Shown: positions 28,001 through 37,445 of the stretch, piece by piece
Layout: each line of letters opens with the position of its first letter
Numbering within the stretch: position 1 is the stretch's first letter
Virus record (IMG/VR): IMGVR_UViG_3300001798_000005
DNA from: a virus
Lineage: Duplodnaviria; Heunggongvirae; Uroviricota; Caudoviricetes
DNA: 64,000 nucleotides
Reading direction: 5' to 3' (one strand)
Position numbers and translations under genes: made by a program
The notes under the pieces: generated by a model
What the model was told of the DNA's origin: nothing
The model's database searches: none
The model's input: the letters and a program-made list of their open reading frames with translations, nothing else

Positions 28001-28330
28001 CCCGCTATAGCCCGGAAGGGGATCCTGGTCCGCTACCCCGGTCAATTCAGAATAAGACACCCCTGAAAAATTGTATGTCCCGCTTGAGTCCTGTAATGGG
28101 GTTTCGTCCAGGAAGATAGATTTCGCCCCATTGACGAGGCCAGAAATCTCCCCCTCGGAGAGGACATCAATCAGTCTGGCTGTTGTTTTACTCTGGAGGG
28201 TGTTTGGCGCTTCTATGGGGGTCTGGACTGATGTTGCAAGATTGCTTTCCCGGCGCTGTTTCCCTCCCCCGGAGCCATAAACGCCCCATAATTGAGATTG
28301 GCGCCTTGCATGTTTTTTAGACAGCTTCAT
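25004..28330 (-). CDS. lambda gpJ-like host-specificity / central tail tip protein
   Basis: 1108 aa; N-terminus LIDVLSEGEISGLVNGAKSIFLDETPLQD parallels lambda J. Confidence 0.75.
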   Translation of the reverse strand: MKLSKKHARRQSQLWGVYGSGGGKQRRESNLATSVQTPIEAPNTLQSKTTARLIDVLSEGEISGLVNGAKSIFLDETPLQDSSGTYNFSGVSYSELTGVADQDPLPGYSGVETEVTVGTQVIFGTPVVRQITDSEADAARIKIRIPALYSQDTATGNVYGSQVFIQFEVQSNGGGYVLASMTNVTNPVEINGKTTSPYEVSYRLNLPAGGNPWDIRVTRANAEPGSGQQGQSFWSSYTIIKDVKLKHNDTALVGLTVDSSQFGSNLPARAYEIKGIKIQVPDNYNPTLRTYSGVWGGSFTIAYSNNPAWVLYDMIVNKRYGCGENVSASQIDKAALYAIGVYCDEMIDDGFGGVEPRFTFNGVISSQQEAFNVLTALSSCFRGMTYWATASITAAMDAPTDVSKLVTRSNVIGGNLEYSGAALKARHTVAAISYINPDTGYKPDIVVIEDPDGIAQFGWRQIDTVAYGCTSKGQAYRVGKWILDSEKYETETVTFRAGMDHFDIRPGQIIKVQDPHYAGIRYGGRLSAIASTTVTLDSSVVLAVGETYSISVTMPDGTIEDRDITDAAGTYTALTIESVFSQTPIVGAVWVITGTDVLPRQFRVLAVRETDKHIIEVSALFYDPDKYDRVEGNITLETPSYSTLPTGALLPPADLQFLEYLYQSGANIRSAITISWTFSSDARAERYEVGYKAASSSTYQLIGTTSGNSIDLLDTAPGQYDFRVRAIGGLGSLRSTYITSTSSATGLLAPPGDVDNFNMQVINDAAYLSWDAVTDLDLDHYVIRFSPLTDGSATWGTSNILISQVSRDATGISAPLLIGTYLIKAVDTSGIESDNATEIITNVAELQGLNVIVTLQEDPGFTGTCTDCSTLDGALQLTGADTVDDWTNIDDILNWDIGLAGITTIGTYDFSSYPGGLTYLDLGSVYTSRLTGSITASGSDLYDNMDLRNDIDAITNWDGGDASQWGVTIFVRTTNDDPSGTPTWSAWTALIVGDYSARAFQFKAVLYSYEDGISPIVTALSVTVDMPDRIIAAEDVVCPAAGSTITFSQAFKAIPAIAVTGQDLATGDYVTISSKSAAGFTVRFFNAAGTGVERTMDWIAKGYGAIVP

Positions 28331-28985
28331 TTGTCAACCCCAAGCTTACCACCACTGAGCCGGTGCGGATTTGGCCATAAACGACCGGAACAGGAGAGCC
28401 TTGCTCAAATCTATTCGTCGGTGCATTGAGGAGAAATGATGGGCGCTGATCGGCTAATTCTCTAGTGTCGTAATTCTCCTTTCCTGGCTTGAGATCCAAC
28501 CTGGGGGCCGTGACGGCACTAATACCGGCAATGGTCAGTCCGGCGCCAATCAGCGCGATTGTCCCATAGGACAGAGTCGCCCCCGCGATGCTGACACCAG
28601 CCGATAGCCCCGCCCCAAAACCTGCCGCAGCCCCTACGGCCCCAAAGGCGGCAAATCCCAGACCGGTCGCCAGTAGCGCGACCCCGAGGACGAGTTTAAC
28701 AATTCCCCCCGCTCGGCTGCCACCGCCCGCGCCAGCCACCCAGGGGATGATGTGCAGTTCTGAAGCGCTTCCGAAGCTAAGCTCTAATTGATCTTCAGAA
28801 AGATCAGGACCCGCTTCAGGCTTGCCGTAGACGAGCCTGAAAGTCCCCGGTTCAATGGCGGCCCAGAAGCCCTTAAGCTGATGACCTAGCATCGATACTG
28901 CCATACGGGCATTGGGGATCTCGAATTCAAATTCAGATCCGAATTTTTCCGCCAAATAGCCGTGTAGAAAAACTTTTTTCTTCAT
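28317..28985 (-). CDS. lambda gpI-like tail assembly protein
   Basis: Gly/Ala-rich hydrophobic C-terminal half, position between K and J. Confidence 0.6.
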   Translation of the reverse strand: MKKKVFLHGYLAEKFGSEFEFEIPNARMAVSMLGHQLKGFWAAIEPGTFRLVYGKPEAGPDLSEDQLELSFGSASELHIIPWVAGAGGGSRAGGIVKLVLGVALLATGLGFAAFGAVGAAAGFGAGLSAGVSIAGATLSYGTIALIGAGLTIAGISAVTAPRLDLKPGKENYDTRELADQRPSFLLNAPTNRFEQGSPVPVVYGQIRTGSVVVSLGLTNEAV

Positions 28986-29706
28986 GATCTCTCCCTTTAT
29001 GATCATAAGTCAGGAAATGACTGATCGTTTTTTCCCAATGGCCATAAAGGCTTTGCCGGGATTGGTGATCTTGAATTTGGTGCAAAATGTGCGCCGAGGA
29101 GGTAATGATTCCGACGTGATTCGTCACGGGAGAATGGACTTTCATGAGCACAATGTCATGGATTTGTAGATCATTTTGTTCAATTTCTCTGAACCCATAC
29201 TGGGTGAAATTTTCAACAAATAGATCTTCACCCTTCTCCCACCAGAGGAATTCTCTCGGATACTCTGGTAAAGTGATTGATAGTTGAAGCTTGTAATAAT
29301 CCTTCAGGAGCGCGAAGCAATCCCCACCCCCATCGGTTCCGCTTGGCCCCCATCGGAAGTCCCGCTCGATCAATTTTGGAATCGGGACTCCGTCGCCGTA
29401 AAAGAATAAATAGGGTTTTCGGCCATCGCTAGGCATCACGACAATCCCCCACGGGACCGCAGTCCTGATCTGGCCCGCCTGATCGTCGATAGTCGGATAT
29501 GGAGTCCCGCAGGGGTGAGAATGGACGACGGCCTGAAGACCCCTCAAGGGGCAATGACTGTCAGGAATTTCAAAATAATTTCTGGGGTCAGGATGGACAT
29601 TGGGGGCGGGGATATATTGCCCATCGACAATAAAACCACATGACTCCTCTTTCCCGCACGAGAGCGCATGAGTGATGATCTTTTGCTCTACGTCTGGCCC
29701 AAACAC
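28933..29706 (-). CDS. lambda gpK-like tail protein (JAB/MPN + NlpC/P60 domains)
   Basis: EESCGF...HSHP (JAMM) and GGDCFALL...H (NlpC/P60 Cys-His); GTG start overlapping L stop (TAGTG). Confidence 0.65.
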   Translation of the reverse strand: MFGPDVEQKIITHALSCGKEESCGFIVDGQYIPAPNVHPDPRNYFEIPDSHCPLRGLQAVVHSHPCGTPYPTIDDQAGQIRTAVPWGIVVMPSDGRKPYLFFYGDGVPIPKLIERDFRWGPSGTDGGGDCFALLKDYYKLQLSITLPEYPREFLWWEKGEDLFVENFTQYGFREIEQNDLQIHDIVLMKVHSPVTNHVGIITSSAHILHQIQDHQSRQSLYGHWEKTISHFLTYDHKGRDHEEKSFSTRLFGGKIRI

Positions 29707-30413
29707 TATAGGGCACCAATTCCAGGGAAGCCCCCAAAGGGGAGATCCCCGTGTTGGCCAAATCTCAACCGGCAAGCTGAAAGTGTTTTGTTGCAAATAT
29801 CATTTGCCTCGGTGGTCGCGACCCCATCGCGTGTAAAGTAACTCGCTCCTGCGTACGGGCATGGCATGACCGCCGAAACGTCAAAAGAGCTTCCATTCCA
29901 TCTCCGATAGCGGAGATTGCAAAAGTTTTTGAAAATTTGGCGCCCAGGGAGCATTTTCCCCTGCTGGTCAAGTGATGATGCCAACTCCCATTCAATCTGA
30001 TTGCTATTTTGAGAAGACTTTCGATCAACTGTATAGACGTCAAGGGGGAGTGTATGATTACCAGGGTTAGACCCCCCGTCGAGGAATTCCCCAAAAGTCC
30101 TCATCCGGGTCAAGGTTGCGCCCAAGAGATCAGAAAATTCAATTGCCGCCGCCTGCGCGACTTTATTGACATTGGAAATTTTTATTCTCGGTCGGGGCTG
30201 AGGGCCTTTTCCGCTATATTCAAATCCAGTTGCTTCAAAGTCAATCGGCGTATAGTCCTGCCCCTGAAAGGCGATCGGAGCCCCCCCGAGATCAGTGGAG
30301 GTAAAATAAAAAGTTGGCCCACCGGCAAAATTACTGGCATCCAAGATATACAGTGCCACCAATTCACCTGGCTCAAAGCGTTGAATTCGATTTGCAATAG
30401 TCGAATCCGTCAT
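29706..30413 (-). CDS. lambda gpL-like minor tail protein
   Basis: Order and pattern resemble lambda L incl. C-terminal Cys cluster (CNKTLSACRLRFGQ...FGGFPG). Confidence 0.65.
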   Translation of the reverse strand: MTDSTIANRIQRFEPGELVALYILDASNFAGGPTFYFTSTDLGGAPIAFQGQDYTPIDFEATGFEYSGKGPQPRPRIKISNVNKVAQAAAIEFSDLLGATLTRMRTFGEFLDGGSNPGNHTLPLDVYTVDRKSSQNSNQIEWELASSLDQQGKMLPGRQIFKNFCNLRYRRWNGSSFDVSAVMPCPYAGASYFTRDGVATTEANDICNKTLSACRLRFGQHGDLPFGGFPGIGAL

Positions 30414-30760
30414 ATCAGATCGAATTCCTCCAGGAATGTTGCCTGAACGGTCAGTCCGCCCGGTGCTGGGGTGGCTTGGGTCCAGTGGTCACAGGTGAAC
30501 AGGATTGGCGTCGATTCGTTAGGGGGGGTGTAGTAAAAGGATGTATAACCCGCCCGGGCGGTCAGGAAAGTAACAAGATCATCAGATTCGGTTTGGGTCA
30601 AGCCCTTCCAGGTAAAATTATATTTCCTCTGTAGCCCATTCAATCCATCGGCTGCTCTTTGGGAATACCCATCTCCAAATTGGGCTTTCAGGATCCTGGC
30701 TTGGGTATCCTTGTTTGAATCAGTCGATGGTGCGACAGTTGTCGTTAGTGTAACGGTCAT
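30410..30760 (-). CDS. lambda gpM-like minor tail protein
   Basis: FGDGYSQRA motif shared with lambda M. Confidence 0.65.
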   Translation of the reverse strand: MTVTLTTTVAPSTDSNKDTQARILKAQFGDGYSQRAADGLNGLQRKYNFTWKGLTQTESDDLVTFLTARAGYTSFYYTPPNESTPILFTCDHWTQATPAPGGLTVQATFLEEFDLI

Positions 30761-33700
30761 GAGGCAATTCCCGGATTAAGTTGACCACCTTGACGGAGAT
30801 TTTCTTGAATTTGCTCCTGGATGAGTCCTTTCATGGTTTCATGAACGGCTTTGGCGACCTGATCCCCCATTGCTTTGTCCCTATTGGGATCTCCAGAGCC
30901 AGATCCTCCCTGAACGGTGACATTAATCTGAGGAGCAAAGACATTCCCTCTGCCAGAACCAACGGCCCTGACCCCCAGGGACCCGTCAGACATCCTCTTG
31001 AGGGGCATTATCGCTTCAGTGCCACGCTCGCCCATCAACCCGGTTTTTCCGCCGCCCATCGGGAACGCCGTTGCGCCACTGGTCAGTCCGCCCTGGGCGA
31101 AGGGGATAACGTTTCCATTGCGGAAGGCCCCACCGCTGGCGAAACCCGAGGGGGCCGCGATACTCCCAAGGGAGAGCGCCCCCGGCCCGGCACCCAGGAG
31201 GCCCCCGGCCCCGGTTGACACGCCAGCCACTCCACCGAATAACCCATTCAGTGAGGCGTAGATGGCTTTTTGAATCAAGGCCTGTAGGATCATTTTGAAT
31301 ATTTGTTTTGAAAGGTTGCCTAAGATGTCTGAAACCTTGGCTGAACCGGTGGCGATCTGATCAAAAGCGTTCACGAATGCATCCCCGAGGGACTTGGCCA
31401 ATTGGAGCATTTTCTCTTGTTTTTGAATTACGCCATCAAGAGATAGTTGAGAATTCTCGGTCTTGCGGGCATCCGCAAGGGCGGCAAGTCCACTAGTGGA
31501 ATTAAGATCATAGCCCTGATCGGCCAAAGACTTACGCCGGTTCTGTTCCCGCTGGGTCTCCTCATATGAGAAGAAGCTCATCTCGCCCGTAAAGGGATTT
31601 CGGGAAAGCCCCTGCTGGCGGGCTGAGATGAGGGCAAGATTATTTTCAATCGTGACCTGATTTTCCATTTGCCGATTAAGGTCTTCCCTGGCGAATTTCT
31701 GATCCGAAAGTGCTTTCGTGATATCCCGGATTGATTGCGCGTGGGCTGAATTCTCACTTATCCCGAGTCTAATGATCTCAGCATTTGCGCTATTGAGAGC
31801 CTCGGCGTCCCTCAGGGCATGGTTGCCCTTCAGCCGTGCCTCATAGAGGCCCTGCTCAACATCAATGGCTTTCTTTTGGGCATCAACATAATGTGCCACT
31901 TCATCCTCAAGTGATACCGCCTGGCCGCGCATCAGGGCGGAGGACAATAGCCCTCCTCTTTTGCTCTCGGGGCTGATGCCTTTGGCCTTGAGGGCGTTTT
32001 CGATTTCTTGTCTGTTTTTGGTTTCCCGAAGCCCAACAGTGCCGCCGGTCTGGAATGCCTCAAGACGAGCGGCAGCCTGTAAGGTCGCGTCCTGGGCGGC
32101 CTGAATGGCCGACACCTCCTCGGTGGCCCTACTGAGTTCTTTGGTTCGGAGAATCTGTTCCACCAGAGCTTCTGTCTGGGCCTTTGTGATCTTCAGATGG
32201 GCTTGTCTAACTTTGTCCTCAGCCTCTATGCGGTCTTTCATTTTTTGGGAAGCTAGATCCCCACCTTGGATTTGAGCATTCAGGAGCCTTTGGGCTTCGG
32301 CTTCCCTGGCGTTGGAGTCCTCGATGAATTGGCGGATCTTTTTGGCGTCGGCTGATTCTTTACCGGCTGCGCCGGGGAAAGATTTAATTTTATTATCACC
32401 CCCGAGGTCTGATTTAACCCCCCTCAGTGGGGTTTCCATTGCCGCAGCCAATTGAACTAAAGATCTCTTTCTGGCCTCACCTCGGGCTTTCCATTTATTG
32501 GATACGGCAGCCTCGGCAGAATCAAACGCGGCCTCTCCGAGGTTGAAGGCATCGCTCCCAAATGTCCCATTTTTAATACTCTCAAGGGTGAAGACAAATC
32601 GCTTCATCGCAATTCCACTAATGGTTATGCTGGTTGACAATCGGTCAAATAACCCTGACACCTCGGCAATGAAACCCGCCACCCCAAGGGTTAGCATTTT
32701 CCCCAGATAGGAAAGGAGCTGACTCATAGAGCCCCCCGTGAGATTCCCAATGGCTTTATCGAGCCTCATTACAGAATCCACGGCTTCTTGGAATATTTTC
32801 CCAAATGGCTCCCTGATGCGCTGTAGCCATTTATCCAGATCCGCAATGCTTTTCGATATCCCCTCCAGTCCCGCGCTCGCGAGCGCCGTGACGTGGAACA
32901 TTCTATTCAACGTATCGATCAATAGCAAGCTGGAATTTTGGACCTTGCCGAATGCTCTCTCAACTGAAGCTGGAAGATTTTTGAACTGCTCCTCAATTAA
33001 TTTTTCATTTTTCAAAATACCATTCAGGACCACATCAGAAGTTATCTTGCCGTCGGCGGCAGCCTTCTTGAATCTCCTGAATGCCTCTTCTGAAGTTTCC
33101 CCGGTTTTTCGGATCTGCTCACTTAACATGCGGGCAACTTTAGGCATTCCCTCCATGACTGAACGGAGTTCATCCCCCCGGAGGGTTCCAGAGGCCAGGC
33201 CTTGCGACATTTGGATCATGGCGTTCTTGATCTCTTCCGCTGTAGCGCCGGAGACAATACCGGCCTTGAGGAATGTTTCCTCAAACCGCAAGAGCTGATC
33301 CGTGGACGCGCCGATCGATTGAGCTGCGGGCGCTAACCGCGTGAAGGATTGAGCGACGCTTTGGATCGATATCCCTGTTTTGTCAGAAATCCCAATCAGG
33401 CGGGCCATGGTGCCGTCGAACTGGTCGAGATTGGGAAGAACGTTTTTAACCTTTGCTTGTAATTGATTAAACTCATCTGCAAGTGAAACGATTTTTAAAA
33501 GCCCAAGAGTTGCAATTAAACTCGTCAAAGCGCCAATGATGGCCTGGAATCCTCCCTGCATGGAAGAAAGTGTTGCGCTCATACCCTTTAGGCTTGAATT
33601 GCTTTTATTCTGTGCATCATTTAATCTCTTAAGCTGTTCCTCCAGCCTTTTTGCGGCAAGCTCTTGGCGCTTAATGGCATTTTCGGCCTTCATCTGCTCA

Positions 33701-33885
33701 GCAATCAGCTTTCTGGTTGAATTGGAATTTTTTTCAAAGGCAAGGACATTTCTCTCCCAGGCCCGCTGCGTCTTTTGGGTTTGTAGCTCAAGTTTCTGAC
33801 CAGCATCGGTCAGCTTTTTGAATTCTACCGTTGCCTTCTTGGCTGGCTCAGAATTAATGGTAACTTGTAAATTGGCGAGGTCCAT
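30757..33885 (-). CDS. tail tape measure protein
   Basis: 1042 aa coiled-coil-rich with Gly-rich C-terminus; position between GT and M. Confidence 0.8.
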   Translation of the reverse strand: MDLANLQVTINSEPAKKATVEFKKLTDAGQKLELQTQKTQRAWERNVLAFEKNSNSTRKLIAEQMKAENAIKRQELAAKRLEEQLKRLNDAQNKSNSSLKGMSATLSSMQGGFQAIIGALTSLIATLGLLKIVSLADEFNQLQAKVKNVLPNLDQFDGTMARLIGISDKTGISIQSVAQSFTRLAPAAQSIGASTDQLLRFEETFLKAGIVSGATAEEIKNAMIQMSQGLASGTLRGDELRSVMEGMPKVARMLSEQIRKTGETSEEAFRRFKKAAADGKITSDVVLNGILKNEKLIEEQFKNLPASVERAFGKVQNSSLLLIDTLNRMFHVTALASAGLEGISKSIADLDKWLQRIREPFGKIFQEAVDSVMRLDKAIGNLTGGSMSQLLSYLGKMLTLGVAGFIAEVSGLFDRLSTSITISGIAMKRFVFTLESIKNGTFGSDAFNLGEAAFDSAEAAVSNKWKARGEARKRSLVQLAAAMETPLRGVKSDLGGDNKIKSFPGAAGKESADAKKIRQFIEDSNAREAEAQRLLNAQIQGGDLASQKMKDRIEAEDKVRQAHLKITKAQTEALVEQILRTKELSRATEEVSAIQAAQDATLQAAARLEAFQTGGTVGLRETKNRQEIENALKAKGISPESKRGGLLSSALMRGQAVSLEDEVAHYVDAQKKAIDVEQGLYEARLKGNHALRDAEALNSANAEIIRLGISENSAHAQSIRDITKALSDQKFAREDLNRQMENQVTIENNLALISARQQGLSRNPFTGEMSFFSYEETQREQNRRKSLADQGYDLNSTSGLAALADARKTENSQLSLDGVIQKQEKMLQLAKSLGDAFVNAFDQIATGSAKVSDILGNLSKQIFKMILQALIQKAIYASLNGLFGGVAGVSTGAGGLLGAGPGALSLGSIAAPSGFASGGAFRNGNVIPFAQGGLTSGATAFPMGGGKTGLMGERGTEAIMPLKRMSDGSLGVRAVGSGRGNVFAPQINVTVQGGSGSGDPNRDKAMGDQVAKAVHETMKGLIQEQIQENLRQGGQLNPGIAS

Positions 33886-33886
33886 T

Positions 33887-34629
33887 TTACTTCTCTGTCA
33901 TGATTCGGATAAAACGATTATCAAGATCCCGAATGATCCGCAATTCCCACCGGTGGGGGTGGGTCAGGAAACATTCCCTCCATGCCATGATATCACTCCA
34001 ACTAATCGGCTGAGGACCCGACATAGAGTATTGGCGGCCCTCAGAGAGTTCCTCGAACCATTGAACGATATAAAACAACTCCCTGGGGGGATCTGGCATA
34101 TCGAGTTCCGGGACATCGATCCCTTGGGAGGCGACTTGCTCCAGATGATCCCTAACCGAACCCCCACCGTCTTGTGGCCTGGAGAGGCGGAAGAATGCTT
34201 CTGCCCATTCCAGCAACTCACTTATGAGGGATTGAAAAAATTTGAGCTTTCGGCAACAAAATCAGCTACCTGGCGACGAATCCAAGGGAATTCAGAAAAG
34301 AGTTTTGTCGCATTGGCAGCCGTGAAGGTTAAGGCTTCACCCGATACCGTGATATTTCGGAAGTCCACCACGCAAGCGGTAAGTTTAGCCAGTTCCTCTT
34401 TATCAAGCTCCTCAATGGTTACTTTATCGGCCTTCTGTTTAGCCCGCGCTTTATTGAGTCTCCGATTCAATAACTCTCGTTCTTTTTGAATAAACGGATC
34501 ACTGTCGGTCCCGACAACCGTTAAACCAATAGACTCCCCCGCCTCCGTCTTGAGGACTTCATCGGTTCCGGGATGACGCAGCTCCATGAACACCGGCTCA
34601 TTGGCGGTTGAAAATTGATTGAGATCCAT
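33887..34629 (-). CDS. gpGT-like chaperone fusion produced by programmed -1 frameshift at 34237..34243
   Basis: G-frame TCA AAT TTT TTC contains A_AAT_TTT; the -1 frame is open from there into ORF 33887..34216. Confidence 0.5.
34222..34629 (-). CDS. gpG-like tail assembly chaperone
   Basis: Position before tape measure; slippery heptamer near 3-prime end. Confidence 0.6.
   Translation of the reverse strand: MDLNQFSTANEPVFMELRHPGTDEVLKTEAGESIGLTVVGTDSDPFIQKERELLNRRLNKARAKQKADKVTIEELDKEELAKLTACVVDFRNITVSGEALTFTAANATKLFSEFPWIRRQVADFVAESSNFFNPS
34237..34243 (-). other. -1 ribosomal frameshift slippery heptamer AAATTTT
   Basis: Read directly. Confidence 0.5.
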
Positions 34630-34650
34630 TATGTGTGTCCCCTCTGTTGA

Positions 34651-35559
34651 TTATGATTTAACAACTTTAATCGTGGTGGCGTCGCTGGCATTATATAAGG
34701 CGTGGAAGGGCATCGTGATGATCCGGCTTTGTTCATTCGCCAGCGGGACGTCTCCACCTGTGTATTTGACAGTCCCCATTGTGAAGGTATAGGTGTTACC
34801 GGTTGTGGAATCCGTCACGGCGATCACAAGGGAGCTGGATGTTTCATTCAGGAATTTATTTAACATCGTCGCATCCTGATAATAGAGTTGCATAGAGCCG
34901 GTCACTTTAGCCCGACCATATTCGAGTTGTGGGGTCGTCGAGGATCCAATTACAAAAGTGGGCTGCAGGGAATTGTCAATCGTCATATCGAGTGAGGTCA
35001 CAATGGCAGAAGCTCCGCCGCCCTCAGTCAGGACAGCCGTGAAGGAATCAAAAGGTTCATTAGTCGAGGACGACGTAATGGTGGCATCAACAGAGGTTCC
35101 GCTCTGGGCCATATTTTTACCAATGAGGCCAAATGTCCCTTTGACGATTGCATTTGGATTTACTGACATTGAAAAAGTATTGACGGCGCAGCCGGTAAAG
35201 AGTCGATATTGGGCAATGTCGAGAGCCCGATCTTCAATGGAAAAATATTGAGGAGTCGTTCCAGCTTTCAGGACGCCAGCGGTGGTGAATTGGCCAAAGA
35301 AAGCGCTTTCGAGAAAGTCATCAAAATCATCAGCTCTGAGGTCGACCGCAATGTCACCTTGAACTTTCCGGTTCCCATGTCGGAGTAATGCGATCTGTCG
35401 GTCAGGTCTAATCTCGTCAGACTCGATCCCTTCCTTTATCAGGGACAGCGAATGGCTATTGATCGGCAGCGATAAAAATACCGGAGTCGCGGGAGTGGTC
35501 CCGAAGGTCGATTCCACCATGTAGGATAAGCCAGATCGGCTACCTTGTGCGAATGCCAT
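34651..35559 (-). CDS. major tail protein (gpV-like)
   Basis: 302 aa, position between U-like and G. Confidence 0.6.
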   Translation of the reverse strand: MAFAQGSRSGLSYMVESTFGTTPATPVFLSLPINSHSLSLIKEGIESDEIRPDRQIALLRHGNRKVQGDIAVDLRADDFDDFLESAFFGQFTTAGVLKAGTTPQYFSIEDRALDIAQYRLFTGCAVNTFSMSVNPNAIVKGTFGLIGKNMAQSGTSVDATITSSSTNEPFDSFTAVLTEGGGASAIVTSLDMTIDNSLQPTFVIGSSTTPQLEYGRAKVTGSMQLYYQDATMLNKFLNETSSSLVIAVTDSTTGNTYTFTMGTVKYTGGDVPLANEQSRIITMPFHALYNASDATTIKVVKS

Positions 35560-35609
35560 TTTTTATCCCTCAAATCTCAGGGGGGTTTCCCCACGTCACT
35601 AATATAATT

Positions 35610-36017
35610 TTAAACCCCGAATGCATACCACCCGATATAAACGGTCCGCATGTACCAATCAGGATCCTCTCCCGGCTGCGGTGCGGGTTCACAGTACGCG
35701 ATATGGACAGACTGACCGGATGCGGTCAGGATCGTGCCTTTCGGGAATGCGGTCCTGATGTTTCCCATCATCGTCTCAGCTGCCTGGGATCCCGCATTGG
35801 GGGGATAGAAGAGATCAAGGATCATCACGCCATCGGCGCGATCCGGTATCCCGACCCCCACGCCCGCCGTGCGGACCCGTGCGGTCATGACAGTACAGCT
35901 CAGCCATGGCGTCCCCGGCGTGGGTCGGTAAACGACATTTTCATATCTGATTGCCGGAACACTTGAGACGGTTGCCAACTGAGTCTCCAGAGCGGTGCGG
36001 ACCTGTAGGATCGTCAT
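35610..36017 (-). CDS. tail terminator (gpU-like)
   Basis: 135 aa, position. Confidence 0.5.
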   Translation of the reverse strand: MTILQVRTALETQLATVSSVPAIRYENVVYRPTPGTPWLSCTVMTARVRTAGVGVGIPDRADGVMILDLFYPPNAGSQAAETMMGNIRTAFPKGTILTASGQSVHIAYCEPAPQPGEDPDWYMRTVYIGWYAFGV

Positions 36018-36457
36018 AACTTGTTCAAGACCTCTTGCGCGATCTGTTGGGCCTCTGCGAGCGTGACAGCCACCATGCCCGCAGGGGCCTGCTGGGAGTG
36101 ACCCTTTTCAAGGGCCTGGATGTATGAGGCATTGTTGGCCAGGATGATGACATCGCCCATCTTGGCTTGGCCGATTGTGACCGTCAGGGCCGCAAAAGGT
36201 GTCGAGACACTCCCCGCCCCCCCGGTTTTCCCCTTATAGGTTTCCCATTGGGGCTGGTTGGGATGCCCCCCAAGATTGCCCAGGCTGGCCCACCAGGAGG
36301 CTCGGGAAAATCCAGTCTTCACTGGGTTACGGGTAATGATCCGTAGGGCTATCTCCTGAGAGACAGTTTTTAGAAACGCATCTGCTTTTTTCTCAACCTT
36401 ATTGAAAAATTTCGTCAGGTCTGCTGTAAAGGTCTGGGTCATGACTTCACCACACAC
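36014..36457 (-). CDS. tail completion / head-tail joining protein (gpZ / HK97 gp10-like)
   Basis: Position and size. Confidence 0.4.
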   Translation of the reverse strand: MCGEVMTQTFTADLTKFFNKVEKKADAFLKTVSQEIALRIITRNPVKTGFSRASWWASLGNLGGHPNQPQWETYKGKTGGAGSVSTPFAALTVTIGQAKMGDVIILANNASYIQALEKGHSQQAPAGMVAVTLAEAQQIAQEVLNKL

Positions 36458-36786
36458 ACATAAGCGATCACGGTCGTCCCCTCGGTGAGGGTCTGGACAT
36501 CCTCGATCGAATAACTGACGCTGCTCTTGATGATCAGATCATTGATCGTCGGCGCAACCGACAAGCCCTGGCCGGATATGATTATTTTTTTCTGGCCCGC
36601 CTGGGCGAGGCCCTTCCCTTTAGCGTAATCTGAAAATTCAATCAACTTGGCCGTGACGGTATAGTCTGTATTTGTTGGGGTGCTGGGGCCGGTTCCGGCA
36701 GTATAGGTTCGATTGCCCAATTTTCTCAACGTCAAGCTCTCCCCCTTGAGGAGGAGCAATCTATAGACCGGATACGTCAGATCCAA
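36439..36786 (-). CDS. head-tail adaptor (gpFII-like)
   Basis: Position and size. Confidence 0.35.
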   Translation of the reverse strand: MDLTYPVYRLLLLKGESLTLRKLGNRTYTAGTGPSTPTNTDYTVTAKLIEFSDYAKGKGLAQAGQKKIIISGQGLSVAPTINDLIIKSSVSYSIEDVQTLTEGTTVIAYVCVVKS

Positions 36787-37445
36787 TAGGCCCCCCAGGG
36801 GTCACCATCAAAGAGCTGATGGGGTTTTGGGTCGCCGTGGAAATAAACGATCCGTGCGTCTGCAGTTGGGCCGTTCTGGTCCCGAATGTCAGCCTTGTAG
36901 GACAGAATCTGACCAGGGAATTCGTCCTGAAGGATGATGGTTTCCGAGATCGGAATATTGCCATCCAGCCAGATCATATCAGAGACGCAATTCATCATCT
37001 GAAAGCGGTTTTTGTTCACATCTGATTGAAATTTTTCGTAAATCTCTTGACCCTTCTCGACTGAAAAGCTCATCACCCCACTGGCCCGCCGGGGGAAGTA
37101 AGGATCCCGGATCATCGCAAAGTCAGGGCGAAATTCAGCAATGTGATCAATGTCGCCAGTGATAATGGTATCCAGGCCCATAAAGAGCCGATGCCCGCCT
37201 CCGTAGGACCCCCGGAGGGCTTCCAGGAGGCAGAACATATTTCTGAAATCATTTTCAAACCGAACGGGACGGATATCCTCCTTGAAGTCATAATCCTGAT
37301 CGACCAGACAGACAAACTCAAAATCATCACAAAAGCGATTAATCCCCCGGTAGAGCTTATCGGCCCAAGTGGCGTCAAAGATATGGCGGGAATGTTGCGG
37401 GACGTCTTGGCCCTGATATAAGGCGGTCACGATGGTAACTGACAT
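36777..37445 (-). CDS. GT-A fold (GT8-like) glycosyltransferase-like protein
   Basis: IVTALY N-terminus, DXD-like LVDQD/DGD, C-terminal IVYFHGDPKPHQ resembling the GT8 H..G..KPW motif. Confidence 0.4.
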   Translation of the reverse strand: MSVTIVTALYQGQDVPQHSRHIFDATWADKLYRGINRFCDDFEFVCLVDQDYDFKEDIRPVRFENDFRNMFCLLEALRGSYGGGHRLFMGLDTIITGDIDHIAEFRPDFAMIRDPYFPRRASGVMSFSVEKGQEIYEKFQSDVNKNRFQMMNCVSDMIWLDGNIPISETIILQDEFPGQILSYKADIRDQNGPTADARIVYFHGDPKPHQLFDGDPWGAYWI

